A stretch of DNA of 64,000 nt from Eledone cirrhosa (lineage: Eukaryota), in the NCBI GenBank assembly GCA_964016885.1, contig OZ024740.1:101494001-101558000 (forward strand), given 5' to 3'. Below are positions 41,724-54,628 of the stretch, one piece after another. The position numbers and the translations under genes are program-made. The first letter of the stretch is position 1, and each line of letters begins with the position of its first letter. The notes beneath the pieces were generated by a model that saw only the letters and a program-made list of their open reading frames with translations, made no database searches and was not told the origin of the DNA.

Positions 41724-41826
41724 CAAGAAACCTTGGTGGGGTTGCCAGTTTAGTCGCCAACGACCCGACCATGAGACAGGTTGTACTGGGATACATGTTA
41801 CCAGTAGCACCAACTGGTGACCTGAC
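41724..41826 (-). repeat. exact 103-bp copy of 42734-42836
   Basis: Identical on base-by-base reading. Confidence 0.93.
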
Positions 41827-41828
41827 CA

Positions 41829-42173
41829 TCATATACATATATACATACATACATACATACATATATACATATACATATATATACACACACATACATATAT
41901 ATATACATATATACATATATATACATACACATATATATATACATATATACACATACACATATATATATACATACATATATATACATATATAAATACATAT
42001 ATACATATATACATATATATATACATACACATATATATACATATATATATATACACACATATATATACATACATTACATATACATACACATATATATACA
42101 TACATATATATACATATATATATGCATATACATACACATACACATATATACATACACATATACATACATACAT

Positions 42174-42206
<33 letters not shown>

Positions 42207-42224
42207 CATACATATATATATACA
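41829..42224. repeat. compound (ATAC)/(AT)/(AC) microsatellite
   Basis: Read directly. It is the source of several spurious Y/I/M/V ORFs. Confidence 0.95.
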
Positions 42225-42836
42225 TTGTGGTGGCTGCCAACTCGTTTTCGTGTACGGCCACTACTTTATATCCATGTAGGAGAACCCCTACCGATGCGCT
42301 GAACGAGTGTGACTTTTTAGTCCAGCCAGCGACTTGAAAACTCTGGTACAAACACTACCCCTGTGACAATTATTGACACATAGTGCTGGGCCCATGGTAC
42401 CATGTGACGACAAGTGCAGAAAGATCTCCAGATATAAAGCAATGCCTGTGCCGTGAAGCTTTTATAGTGAGCAAAGGCACTGCACAAAGCCAGTCCCACT
42501 CTCTTAACCAAGATGATATTTACCAAAAAGAAGAACAAGTCAATATCATTGGATACCATCAGGGTTGCAGGTGTTATATCAGAGTTTTCCTTCTCCTAGA
42601 ATTCTGCCTTGACAAAGGCTAAGGGGTCATCTCTCCCGGTGATTTTGGATGGCCATTGACTCTTAAGAGCTCCTTTGCCCTTTGACAGGTTTTGTTTTTA
42701 GTCCTGCAGGATGTCCAAAGTCACCCTCCTCGCCAAGAAACCTTGGTGGGGTTGCCAGTTTAGTCGCCAACGACCCGACCATGAGACAGGTTGTACTGGG
42801 ATACATGTTACCAGTAGCACCAACTGGTGACCTGAC
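42225..42836 (-). mobile_element. bipartite non-autonomous RTE derivative (5'UTR fused to 3' end)
   Basis: The RTE 5'UTR-like motif CTAGGAGAAGGAAAACTCTG is joined to a C-terminal C2H2 finger (G)[21 protein letters not shown] and a short stem-loop tail CTCGTTTTCG. No EN or RT lies between them. Confidence 0.62.
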
Positions 42837-42881
42837 ATATCTATATATATATATACATACATACATACATATATACATATG

Positions 42882-42949
<68 letters not shown>

Positions 42950-42960
42950 TAACAGATTAA

Positions 42961-43011
42961 AGTTTAAGCAAAGGATCGCTGCTTTCACCCTTAACGGGAT
43001 CTTCTGAAACT
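42961..43011 (-). ncRNA. type I hammerhead variant (CAGAAGA core)
   Basis: Minus strand AGTTT-CAGAAGA-tCCCgttaaGGGt-GAAA-GCA..TGC-TT-AAACT. All three stems pair and U4 is replaced by A. Confidence 0.72.
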
Positions 43012-43089
43012 AACAAAGTCAATCTGTAAACGCAGAAGTGAATATTTCAAAAAACGTGTCAATCGGAGGAAGACAGGAAGACGATTCTT

Positions 43090-43360
43090 TGGTTCGTGGA
43101 AACGTTCCCTGGCAAAGAACGGGAAAAAACGAATAATACGTCATTAATATGAGCGGTGAAAAACAATTACACGCAAAGACAGAACCACGTTTATGGTATA
43201 AAAGAAGTCGTAGACTAATGTTCTATTAGGTGGTTCATAGAGACGTGCTCTGGCAATGAACGGAAAAAACGAAGATAATACGTCATATGTGGAGCGTGGA
43301 GAACAATTGCACGCAAAGACAAAACCACGTGAATGGTATAGTTGAAGTCGTAGATTAAAA
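43090..43360. repeat. diverged ~141-bp tandem dimer in the PLE 3'UTR
   Basis: TGGTTC..., AATACGTCAT, CACGCAAAGACA and GAAGTCGTAGA recur in both units. Confidence 0.85.
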
Positions 43361-43522
43361 TTCTAACTATGAAACCGAATGAATCTCCGCTTCAGAGTTA
43401 AGAATAAAATACAATACAGAGGTAATAGAAATTAAATAAATACATACACGCATGCAAATACTTACATACACAAGCATACGCGAAAACACTTGTCATACGT
43501 ATACAAAACCACGCACGTATAA

Positions 43523-43585
<63 letters not shown>

Positions 43586-43986
43586 CGCGCGTGTATACAA
43601 ATAAATAAATAATTAAATAAACGTATATAAATAAATAAATGCGTATATAACAAGCGCACACACATACCTAATTGTAAATACACAAATGTTCGGAGACTTA
43701 CGTCAACCTAAACATGAAGTACACATATACACACACCCTACATACGTACGAACCCGCATACTCACACAGACGCAAAACTCCCGTATACACATAACCAAAC
43801 CATATGTACCAGAATATATAAAATTATACGCCATAACATATACAATCAAATATACGTACGAGAAAGTATACGTACCTTCACAAAACATACAGGTAATATA
43901 CTTACCTATGCAAATAAGTAATGGTATAAACATAACATATACTTAGCTACCACATCAAGACGTAAAATATCCACGTATAGATCGTA

Positions 43987-44748
43987 CTATCCGTTAGGGT
44001 ATAATGTGGGGCTGTAATACAGGAAAGTTTTGTGCAATTTATGTTTACAAGCCAAAATTGCCTCAGATTTTTTGTTTAAGATGTGGTCTGTGGCGTAGAG
44101 TATTTCCAGAGCTTCAGCGGCGCAGAGGTAACATGGTCTTTTATTTCCGTTATACGGTCTAGCCCTAGCTAGGATCTCCCAATGTAACTTATATTGGGTG
44201 TGGTTGTCTTTTAGACTCCAGATATACGCTGAAAGTGACGTCATATTCCTTCTTAAAGGGTAACGAACAGAATGGGTATGCATGTAAAGACGCTGCTTGA
44301 ATCTATTGGCGGTTAACCCTATGTAGGCCCTACGGGACGTGGGTGTTTCAACCTTACATTTGTAGACAATGTTACTAGAGAGGCATTTCCCGGATAGGGA
44401 CAATCAACCCGATTCCTACAATTACAGTTAGTACTAACTACAGGGTTGCACGTGTTCCTACAGCTAGGTAGTTTAGCTAAATTTGAAGCTGTGATGTTAT
44501 GTGCAATGTTAGGAGTCATAGAGTAAGAAATTTTAATAGTATTTCTATTAAAAAGTTTACTATATTTATGTGTAGGAGGAAAATGCTTCGTAATAAGGGA
44601 TAGAAAGATCTTAGCTAATGGTGTGACCACCTCCATATTATATGGTGTGTTATACCAACAAATGTGACGGGGTCTATTTCTTCTAGGTCTATTTTCGTAC
44701 TCTGTATATGCTACCTTATCGACAAATCCACTCTGAGCAAGAGCTTCT
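43987..44748 (-). pseudogene. PLE polyprotein C-terminus: RT thumb/linker plus GIY-YIG endonuclease
   Basis: NIVYKC...AYIGLTANRFKQRLYMH...TSLSAYIWSLKD...CYLC..E...LNKKSE...CKH. A 1-bp frameshift near 44398 links ORFs 44319-44891 and 43987-44403. Confidence 0.88.
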
Positions 44749-44749
44749 C

Positions 44750-45014
44750 CACTCCAAGGCACAAGCTTGGACAAAGTGTTTTTGTGGAAGACCAGCTGTT
44801 TCCCATGCACGCTTATATCCCTTTCCACACTACCGATGTTGTCCAAAGGAAAGGCAATGGCCAATACAGCTGGGCACCTGTGACATTGCAACTCATTTCT
44901 ACAGCTGAGTGAACTGGAGCAATGTGAAATAAAGTGTCTTACTCAGGACCAGTAATCAAACTCAGAAACTCATGATTGTGAATCCAACTGTCTAAACATT
45001 AAGCCACATGCCTT

Positions 45015-45015
<1 letters not shown>
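44750..45015 (-). mobile_element. tRNA-derived SINE (family 3)
   Basis: Same head and body as 22115-22259 but a different tail. It supplies the spurious N-terminus of ORF 44319-44891. Confidence 0.8.
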
Positions 45016-45074
<59 letters not shown>

Positions 45075-45759
45075 CACACATATGTACATATCTATCTATC
45101 TATATAAAAATGTACACAGACACACACGTGTGTGAGTGTGTGTGTGATTGAATATATATATATATATGAAACCCATGCCAACGTGGAAAAATGGACATCA
45201 AATGATGATGACGATGATATAAACACTCACACATATAGTGCAATGTATGTGAGAGGTTAACTATAATCACCTATTATCATTATCACTGTATTTCAGTTCT
45301 ATCATGATGGCTGTCACAAGGGAAGTCATCTATTCTGTCTATATTCAGTGTCCCTAATTATCAATTGCTAACCATAATTTTCTTTCCATCCTCTTTCCAA
45401 TGCCATCTACCACTTACTATCTATCGCTCTCCACTACATAGCTTTTGGTTGAGATCTATTGTTTTCATTGTTACTTATCCCAATTGCTACCCACCACTCA
45501 CTTTCCCTTACTGTGATTTATCCTATTAACTCTTCATGCAACCCATACAACCCCTTCTAAAAACTACATATAGCCATCACTTACTCACTTCTTTATTTCT
45601 CCCTTCTTTACTATTCTATCACTCTGTTTCCCCCATGACACCTATGATGAAAAGCAATGGTTAACTGATGTGGATGCCTTTCATGTGATATCATTTTTGC
45701 AGCTTGTCTCCTTGATTGAGCAATAGTTCTAGATCATAGACAGAATGTTTCTTGTCTAG

Positions 45760-46470
45760 CGTTTATCATGGTTTTAGAAACACATGGAACTCTATCAGCT
45801 GGACAATAGTCAGCAGAAAAACAGCATTCATATTCTATAGAGGATTAGTGGAGAATATTAGTCATAATGGAATGATAGTGGCTCTGTACTTCAACAAATA
45901 CAGTCTGTATAGACACCTTTTTGCAAATATTTCGGGTTGGGAATTATGGGTGATTTTCAAAAGTTCTGGGCATGGTATTAATGCAGGGGAAAGGCATTAC
46001 TTGGTTGAGATGAGCTCTACAGGGCAGAAGTGCCAACAGCTGAACTTGTTTGAGGTATATGCATGGTGATAAGACCATTTTGCATGCTATTGTTCTGTGT
46101 TCATGCATTGAGAACTTGCGGGCTTATGTCAAATTGCTGCTATCATATTTAATAGAGATCCGGCTATCAGCTGAGTCTATAGTGAAAAATGGTCTATCAC
46201 ATTCCTTTAGCAGTGAAGGGGAAATATATTGTGTGATTGACATGCATAAATGTTTGATGACAGAGATCTTCCCTTCTGATCAAGCTCTCATCTCTACCCT
46301 CACCTTTCTCTACAAATATCAGTTGAAGAGAACGGTGGGGCTAGAGATGGAAATGCTCCCCTCTAGTGTTTTTGATGAAAGGTGGGTGATAAGAGAAATA
46401 TTGATGAGGCTAAATGGACTTACACTGAGTATAGTTTTCTAAACAGGGGGAAAGAAACTACAAGAGGGCA
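45760..46470 (+). mobile_element. old Tx1-like LINE C-terminal remnant
   Basis: FYRGLVE, DKTILHAIVLC, RLSAESIV and FDERWV...RLNGLTL align with the 40309-41013 protein. Confidence 0.85.
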
Positions 46471-47134
46471 CTTTTAAATGCCTTTGATGACTTTGTTCCT
46501 AAATTAAATACAATCATCATCATTGATTTGCACATGATAATTTAATTGATTCCTTATCAAGCTTATGTAACCTCAAATAAACAGTACTTTCTGCAGGATA
46601 TTTGCTGTTCCTCAACATATTGTTTCCTATCAAGGTTTTTCAGGAGGTTTTTTTTACTGACTGGATTGCTCCAATCCATTGGATATTTAACCTATATGCT
46701 TGTCCATTGATGGCTGCAAGTGGAGAGATACTGTGCTGAAAAGGACCCATCCAACCAAGGAAATACAGGCGTAAAAACAATGATGATGAATTATATATAT
46801 GTATGTACATACATATATATGTATGTATGTGTATGTATATATATGTGTATGTATATGTATATATATGTATGTTTATGAATGTACATATATATGTATATAG
46901 TAGACGTACACATGAATGGTCATCTTAGTCTGCCATATATACCCCAGCACCATGCATGTTTAGGATTTTAGAATAGTTACACCATATCTCTGCATATTGT
47001 AAGAGGTGATTAAAACTGGTTAGAATCAGGAAGGGCATCCATTTGCAAAATGTTGCATAACAAATTCCATCCAAGTCAAGCTAACATTGAAAAACATACA
47101 AAAATTGTACAAGATATACATATACTTGTATTTG

Positions 47135-47303
47135 TTGTTATATAAAATTGACATTTACAATATTGCCCTTTTTGACAGAAAGCTAAGTTAAAAAGAAACA
47201 ATGATAAAGTGTGAATATAAAAAGGTCAACATGGTAACTGATTCATAGCCAAAACAAACAGAATCATTATGTCCATATTGTAAATGTCAATTTTATCTAA
47301 CAA
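47135..47303. repeat. inverted repeat, 29-bp arms and 111-bp spacer
   Basis: 47135-47163 is the reverse complement of 47275-47303 with one mismatch. Confidence 0.8.
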
Positions 47304-47629
47304 TAAACATATTCACTCTATATAGGGTTTTCTTTTGTGTTGAGTACTTTCTATTTGACGATGCCTACATCTGTTATGAACATCACATTTTGATAACTAT
47401 ATAAGTGTATGTTTGTGTGTGTATATATGTGTGTTTGTGTATATGTGTGTGTATATGGTGAACACAATGAATCATCCATATATCATTGTAGTAAGTGATA
47501 ACAGCAATTTAGGTAGATTTCTTGAGCTTTTGATTTATTTTCTCAATGCATCTCACATGTTCATCTTCGGTATACATCCCTCAATTTCTTTATTGATGCT
47601 ACTGTCATGATATAATGAAACATGGACAA

Positions 47630-48165
47630 TTCATCACAGCCACCTCATATAACTAGAGTCCTTTCACTTAAAAATGCCCTGTCAGATACACAACATTGGT
47701 TGGCAAGACAGATTATAGAACCTAGAGGTGTTTGTACATGCCAGAATCACCAGCATGAAATTAAAATTGTATTGGATGGGACATGTCATCAGAATGTCCA
47801 AAAACTGATTGGCCAAAGGCATCCTCTATGGTGAGCTTACATGAGGAGCAAGATTGCATAGTGGGCAGAAAAAGTGATTCAAGGACAATGTTACACATGC
47901 CCTGAACACTGCAAAATCTCATTGTCAAGCTGGATTGGTCAGGGTTAGTTGATTAGAATTCATTTTGACCAGATTATCATGAGAAGAGAGAAGTGTGTGG
48001 CTTGGCAGCAGCAACAGTAATAATATAAAGGTGCACCATGTATGCAACATTTGCAGTCAAGTCTGTGTGTCCTCCATTGGACATTTCATCCGTATGCACA
48101 GCCATTGATGGATGCTATGATGAGAAACATCAACTTTGATGGATTAATCATGATGATGATAATGA
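47630..48165 (+). mobile_element. RTE/BovB-like LINE 3' remnant
   Basis: WMGHVIRM...ILYGEL...GQKK*FKD, a terminal C2H2-like VCNICSQVCVSSIGHFIRMHSH*, and an (ATG)n tail. Confidence 0.8.
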
Positions 48166-50848
48166 TGTTCTTCCTCTGTCGAAGTTGATAATGACATTAT
48201 TTTTTATGGCAGACAGTGATGAGCACATATATGGGTGAAAGAGAGAACTATTACATGGGCCTTGATTACAGAAGATTTGTGAAGGCAATAAAAAAATGAG
48301 ACAAACATTCTCCACTATATGTTTAGTGTTAGTGTGCATAAAAGACAGAGCTCTATTAAACTGAGAGAAATACTATCAGAGGAATCAGATGTCTGTTGTC
48401 TACAGAAGTTCAAGAACTTAAAGTGGATGGAACCTGGGGAAAATGCAGATCTAGGAAGATATGGGATAAAGTAATGAAGGCCGATCTTATGAAGCTGAAT
48501 CCCATGAAGAAAATTATAAAGAACCTTGACGGTAGTTAACATAGTGTAATGGAAAGTATGCTAAAATGGTCATTAGACTAATAGCTGAAGTGATGTTGAT
48601 GGTGGTTGTGGTGTATAGTATATCTTTACATTGGATCTCTTACTCATTATATTCTCTGTAAGTCCCTATCTGCTGCCCCCTATCTATCTCTCACCATATC
48701 ATATCCACGGTACCATACCACCTGTGTAACAAGTGATGGGATTTGATTTATTTATAATTAATCTGTCTCCCATCACCAATTTTCATTGTACCACTCTTCC
48801 ACCATCATTCCTTTAACACACTTCTTCAATTATGTCATTTGAGCATCAAAGGGTGGTTTGGGAATTGTTTTATTTTCCATGTCATCATCCATTGGATTTC
48901 TCTACCACTAATGGTCATTCATATTATCACCAATGTAAGGTTTTATTGGCATCTGCCATCTAACTTATCATCTCCCATATTTTTATTGTTATCCCATCCT
49001 TCTGCTCATGCTGTTTTCTGTATAACCCACTAGCAATATGTATCTATCATATTTTCCCTTCACATACCTTCATCACAATCATACTCATGCACTCGCTTCT
49101 TCCACTGTTTTCATCATCACTCACTCTTCTATTCATATACTTGATCCTGTTTGCCTTAAGGCTTCTATAGTTATACAGGGGAAAGAACAGCTTCTTCAGT
49201 ATTGATGCCATGATAAAATGAGCCATGCTGACTACATAAATTATTCTTGGATGCACAGAGACAACATAGTGTACAAAGGGCTGTCTGACAACTGCTCAAG
49301 TTATGCTACCAAAATGAAATGCACCCAGTACATTCTGGGAAAAGGTTGGTGCTAGGCAGTGTATCCAGCTATAGAAACAATTCCCCAATATGGAATGCAT
49401 GGTCCTTTAACTTATCTAGAAATTTATTCTCTAATCAAGAAATGACTTGGGCCATGGTGACCTGTACAATAGATGCAATACTGAAACACATGTATAAAAT
49501 GATGATTTATATATGTGATGATATAGAAATATATATGTATGTGTGTGTATGTTAGTGTATGTGTACGTGCATGTGTATGTATACATGTGTGTATATATAT
49601 ATATACACACACACACACATTTATACACATGTTTATCTGTTTATCTATCTCTGTCAATTTACCCCACATACCTACCTTCCTGGCTAAATCTCTATGTATG
49701 TGTGTATGTATGTGTCTGTGGATATATACTTATATATATATATATAAGAGAGAGAGATTTAGTGTATGTGTTTCTATGTAATTTTAATAAACTTTTGACT
49801 TTATAATTCCAGCTCTAACTCAAGTTAAAAGTTATTAAACTGTATAATTCGTTTTTGGATAAAGAGGATTCCATCTTGCAATTCAATTTATAGCTTAGGT
49901 GACTAATCTTTCAACAGATTTCTCTCTGTCTCATACCCGGTCTTTTCCTCACTCTCTCACTCTTTCTTTTTCCCTATCTCTCTCTACTTCCTTCAATATC
50001 TCTTTCTTTCTCTTTGTATCTGCATCTTTCTTTTTGTCTCTGTCTCTTTTTGTTTGTCTTTGTATATTGTTATATCTTCATCACTCTCTCTCTCTCTCAT
50101 ATCTCTGTCTCAATTCATCGCTGCCTCTCCATCACTAACTCTCTTTCTCTCTCACACATTGGTTTCACAAAACTCCTTCTCTATCGATACTCAGACATCG
50201 TCTATTGATTAGATTTGGACAAGAAATAATCCAAAATTTTTTACATTAAGTTTTCTTGCAGATATGATAAAACAATATTTGAAAGGGAATTAACTGATTC
50301 ACAATAGAAAGCTTAGAAATCGTTCACGCTTGAAATATTTTTTTGAATATTTCCAGTATTGTATTTTGTTAATACTGAAAATCTGATCTGCATATCGCCT
50401 TCTCATAGAGTAAATCAAATATAATATTTGGTTTTCTTTTCGTTTGGGTTTTAACACGTTAGAAAGAACTACAATTTACGTGACACAACTTTTCGAACAC
50501 AATTTTGTTGTTTGATTATCGATAATAAGGTTTCTAGTTTCGTCGTAAAACTAAACTATATCATTCAAATTGAAATACTGAAAATTTTATAAATCAAAGA
50601 GATTATTGAATTTCTCAGGTCAAAATGAATCAGAAGATTTAGTTTATCGAAATTATTGGAATTCATACAATGTCTGTTTTATATGACTACATATATATGA
50701 ATATATATAGGTAAATGTTCATACATACATTTTATACATACACACACACAAGCGTCTGTGTATGTATGCTTCATTTGTTTTATTTGCTTTGCAAGATTCT
50801 TGAGATGAAAACGTGTGTTGAAACATATTGTTATGCAATTGCAAAGTA

Positions 50849-50894
<46 letters not shown>

Positions 50895-51789
50895 CACCCA
50901 CACATGATAATGATATTGATAACGATGATATATATGCATATAATTATGTATACACATATGTACATGTGTAATATAATCTGATATACATATGTAAAAATTA
51001 CATTTTAAGGTGTAAATTCAATAATATGTGACAGAAATTGGAAATATATATCTTATTGATGATGTGAATAGGATAACCAATAAACATTTGCTAAACCTAG
51101 CATTAATATAGTCAAACAAATACAGAAGACTGTTATAGTGTGGGCTGTTCTTTAAGACTGAGATATCAAATACATTTCTGATAACACACAAGATGTATCT
51201 ACAATGAGGCTATTTCCAATACAATGACAATAGCATATATTGTTGATATTGTATTGCAGCCACAGGTCAGCTTTAATTGAGCAGATAGATTTATGATGAA
51301 AGACATTTTATTTGTGACAAGATTAAAGGCTATCCAAATGTGACCAAAAGGACAGCATAATTTTATGTTATCATCATGATCATCATTTAAAATCTATTCT
51401 CCTTTCTAGGCAGGATTAGACGAGTCATCAAAGGCAAAGTTAATATTCAAGTGGAGCTACTGACCTCTTAGACAGACCGGAAAGTTGGGGGGCACATCTC
51501 CCTTACATAATGTCCCTACACTCTACATTCCCATGCTATATTGAGTGCAGTATAATTGTGGCTGCAATAAGGAGGTTATCAAAACTAAAGAAGGAAGTTA
51601 TTTGATGCCATCTCTAAAATATTGAGAACACCAAATGTTGTGTTCACAGAGAAGATAGGGACAGTGGTGGTGGAGGTGGAAATCACTATCCTTATAGAAG
51701 TAATGCAAACATGTATTTTATTCCCTGTCCTTCCTTTTGTTTGCAATGGCAATTAATTGGGTACTGAAGTTGATAACATCAGCTCAGGA

Positions 51790-52030
51790 TATATACTCGG
51801 TCGAATGAATTGGATTTTGCCGTTGATATTGTTGCATTAGCTAAAACATAGAAGATCTACAAGAACTCGTTAATGCTATCAACAACCATGCCGATTGTCT
51901 TGGCCTCAATACCAGTGTAACGAAAAGCAAGTACATGTTCATAGGCAATCATAACTCTTATCCTAATGTGACAGTAAACCACCAAAGGATTGACAATGTA
52001 GAAAAGTTCACTTTCATTGGAGGCTCAACC
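51790..52030 (+). mobile_element. LINE RT fragment (RTE-like)
   Basis: ELDFAVDIVAL...DLQELVNAI...GLNTSVTKSKYM...VEKFTFIG (degenerate FADD and FxYLG). Confidence 0.75.
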
Positions 52031-52043
52031 CATTATCAAAGGA

Positions 52044-52190
52044 TTTAAAAAATCATAACTTAATACCCTAATTGTTTGAAGCGCTTCTGATACTGCTTAT
52101 CTGCTACTCTTATGCTATTTAGAATAATGACTCTGGAACATTTTATCAGGATGCCTTTTGCATGAAATATAGTCATGTACAAGCTAGTAT
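52044..52190. repeat. direct repeat of 56872-56957 plus 57485-57550 (empty-site paralog)
   Basis: ATTTAAAAAATCATAACTTAATACCCT...CTTCTGATACTGCTTATCTGCTACTCTTA...GCCTTTTGCATGAAATATA is shared by both sites. Confidence 0.85.
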
Positions 52191-52997
52191 AGACCATGAG
52201 CTGATTTGAAGAATAGGGAAAGTATCAGTGACATTTAATCAACACTCAACAGTTTCTAGGCCAGCAAAATGTTTTCTCTCAAGCTGAAACTATGATTCTA
52301 GCACTCCATTGTGATATCTACTCTTCTGTATGGTTGTGAGATGTGATAATATAAAAGCAGCTAAGAGAAAAAAAGGCTTCATGTTTTTTATTCCAAATGC
52401 CCGAGAAAAATCCTTAGTGTCAAATAGAACAACTTTATTACAAATAAAGAAATTTGAATATGAACAGATCAGCAGCCTGTATTGTCAAAACTCTGCAAAA
52501 GAGACTTTAGATAGTTAGGGCACCTTTCTAGACTGCCATAACTGGGACCAGCCAATGAAACTTTGTGCTGGGTGATGGGTGGCAAAGGAAAGTGAGGAAG
52601 ACATAACATTATTTGAGCAAGATCTATGACTAGTGATCAAGGAATTGAAGGATATACTAGCCCTGGCTGGGAATAGGTAAGGCTGATAATCCATCTAACC
52701 AATGCAAGCATAGCAAATATACATAAAACAGTGATAATGATTATGATGATGTGTGTGTGCGTATGAATGTATAATCTGTAAAGTATATCCTTACTCTCTA
52801 TAAAGTGGTTTATGTTCCAGACATAGCAATCATGTTAAATGAAACTTAAAAGTGTATTTCATTGAAAACATCTTTCCAGAAAAGTCATCTTGAGCTTTTA
52901 TAGTTTAGGTTGGTAAACAGTTTTCAAGCCCATATTAGGATTTCTACCACCATCAGTTTGTAACCAATGAGCAAGCATTTGTGTAAGCATTTAACAT

Positions 52998-53355
52998 GTT
53001 AGAAATAGCAGCTAAACCTTTGTCAAATAACACCTTGCCATCTTACAAATGAAGGGACACATTAGATAAATAACATAACAGGGGAAACATTGGATGGTTA
53101 CACTAGATAGTCTTTAATCAGAGATATGAACAAACCTTTTTGAGCTAGAGTTAAACAATAGCAATAACAACAACAAACAATAGAATTGCAGTTATTATTA
53201 AGTTCCAGATCAGTCTTAGACATATGAGTAAATATATTACTGAGATATAGTCATCCTCTCTTTTAATACATCAGTTACTATATTTTCCAGTGCATCCTTC
53301 ATTTTTTCTAAAACAATAGGATGAGATTTATGGGATCTTGGCTTCTATTTCTAAC
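52998..53355. mobile_element. fold-back/MITE-like element with ~75-bp imperfect inverted ends
   Basis: GTTAGAAATAGCAGC... at the left and ...GCTTCTATTTCTAAC at the right. Single arms also occur near 19600, 30660, 31390 and 61850. Confidence 0.5.
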
Positions 53356-54447
53356 AGATAGCTTAGGTAGAGCATTCGTTAATCATATATGTCTTTTAGT
53401 GTAGCTTTGAGTTGGATAATGGAAACTGTACAAAAATCCAATAGATGAATTATATTTATTCTTGGGTATCAGAATTAATGTGTCAGACATTTTAACACTA
53501 CCTCTGATACCACCACCAGCTGGCCTCTAGGGTGCCTTTAGTAAAGTACTGTCTGTTATATGTATGTAAACCATACCTTAACATTGTAAATAACTTGTTA
53601 TCTTGATGTGTTGCTTTCTATTGCAGCAGCATACGAATCAGGATTTCCACCTGCCATTTTATTACCACCCAATATTCTCAAAGGTCATACATAACAATCA
53701 TGAGCACTGTTCCCCCTTTTCTGAACAAACCATAAAAGTAAAATGGAAATAAAATCAAAACTCCAATTCCCTTGTTATTTCTACTAGAACACTGCTGTGA
53801 ATATTCAATAAATATTGACTAAGTTCATGTGTGTTACCTGAATAATGTACTTGATCCTTACTACATCTCTCCTATAAACAATAAAACGATATATTCTTTA
53901 GACTAATGGATAAAATTTCTTTTGTATTAAAGATTATTGCATCTATTAAAACAAAAAATAATATAATGAAATCAAAGAAAAACATTCCTGTTTCTCGTGA
54001 TATTTTCTCAATTATTCTTCTGCAGTCTTGGAGGTTTGCATCTGAATTTCTTGTGCTATTCGTTATTGATTATTAATTACCTTGTTATTAACATTTATAC
54101 ACTGGCTAGACAGCCAGCCAGTCAGTAAGGCAACCAGTAAGGCAGCCACTCAAGTTAACTTATTAGCTGTAGGAGGTAGCTTTATCTTTTAAGAAAGACC
54201 ACACAATCTATTCAATAAGTGTGTGTGTGTGTGTGTGCTCTAATAGGTATTATCATTCAAACATAAAAATATAACAGTTCATTCAATGTATGTATTTTAT
54301 AGCATCTCCACACATGGCCATACCACCTCTTTATATTAACTTTATCTCCTCACTGCTTCATAGAAGTCCAAGATATCAGCTACATATATGTTTGTTTACA
54401 TTTAAAAGCTGTGATTCAGCTACTTAATTTAAGATAGTAAGAGTTGT

Positions 54448-54610
54448 CACAGTCCCTTAGCTTAATGGTTCAAAGTGCTTAGCTGGTATCTGGAAGGTAT
54501 GAGGTTCAACTCCTTAAAGCAGCTGAAAGCAACATTTTTTTTCGGTCTTTAAGGCTCTTCACCCTATTTTATAAGCTATTGTATAGCACCTTTGTGCATA
54601 AGCACACCAC
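54448..54610 (+). mobile_element. tRNA-derived SINE (family 4)
   Basis: A box TAGCTTAATGG and B box GGTTCAACTCC. A reverse copy lies at about 24030-24145. Confidence 0.65.
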
Positions 54611-54628
54611 TTTATATATATATATATA

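Larger units (their letters stand above)
41497..41725. repeat. near-perfect palindrome, 113-bp arms and 3-nt loop (fold-back PLE terminus)
   Basis: 41497-41609 is the reverse complement of 41613-41725 with 3 mismatches. A PLE-like AT-rich end continues to about 41410. Confidence 0.95.
42944..44748 (-). mobile_element. Penelope-like element (Naiad/Neptune-type), 5'-truncated, with ~1-kb 3'UTR
   Basis: Linker WYNTPY...KHFPPTHKYSKLFNRNTIKISYS, CNC-CP-C zinc knuckle, GIY-YIG endonuclease and a terminal hammerhead. Ends at (TA)n. Confidence 0.88.

Noticed and set aside
43090-44440. Selenoprotein/SECIS signature reported for some Naiad PLEs
   Set aside because: All visible conserved Cys codons are TGT/TGC, and the 3'UTR ATGA motifs lack the SECIS apical AA and GA quartet geometry.
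50625-50666. Second CAGAAGA...GAAA hammerhead-like motif with a 6-bp stem I (ATGAAT/ATTCAT)
   Set aside because: Stem II does not pair and the UH cleavage triplet is missing; at best a dead relic.
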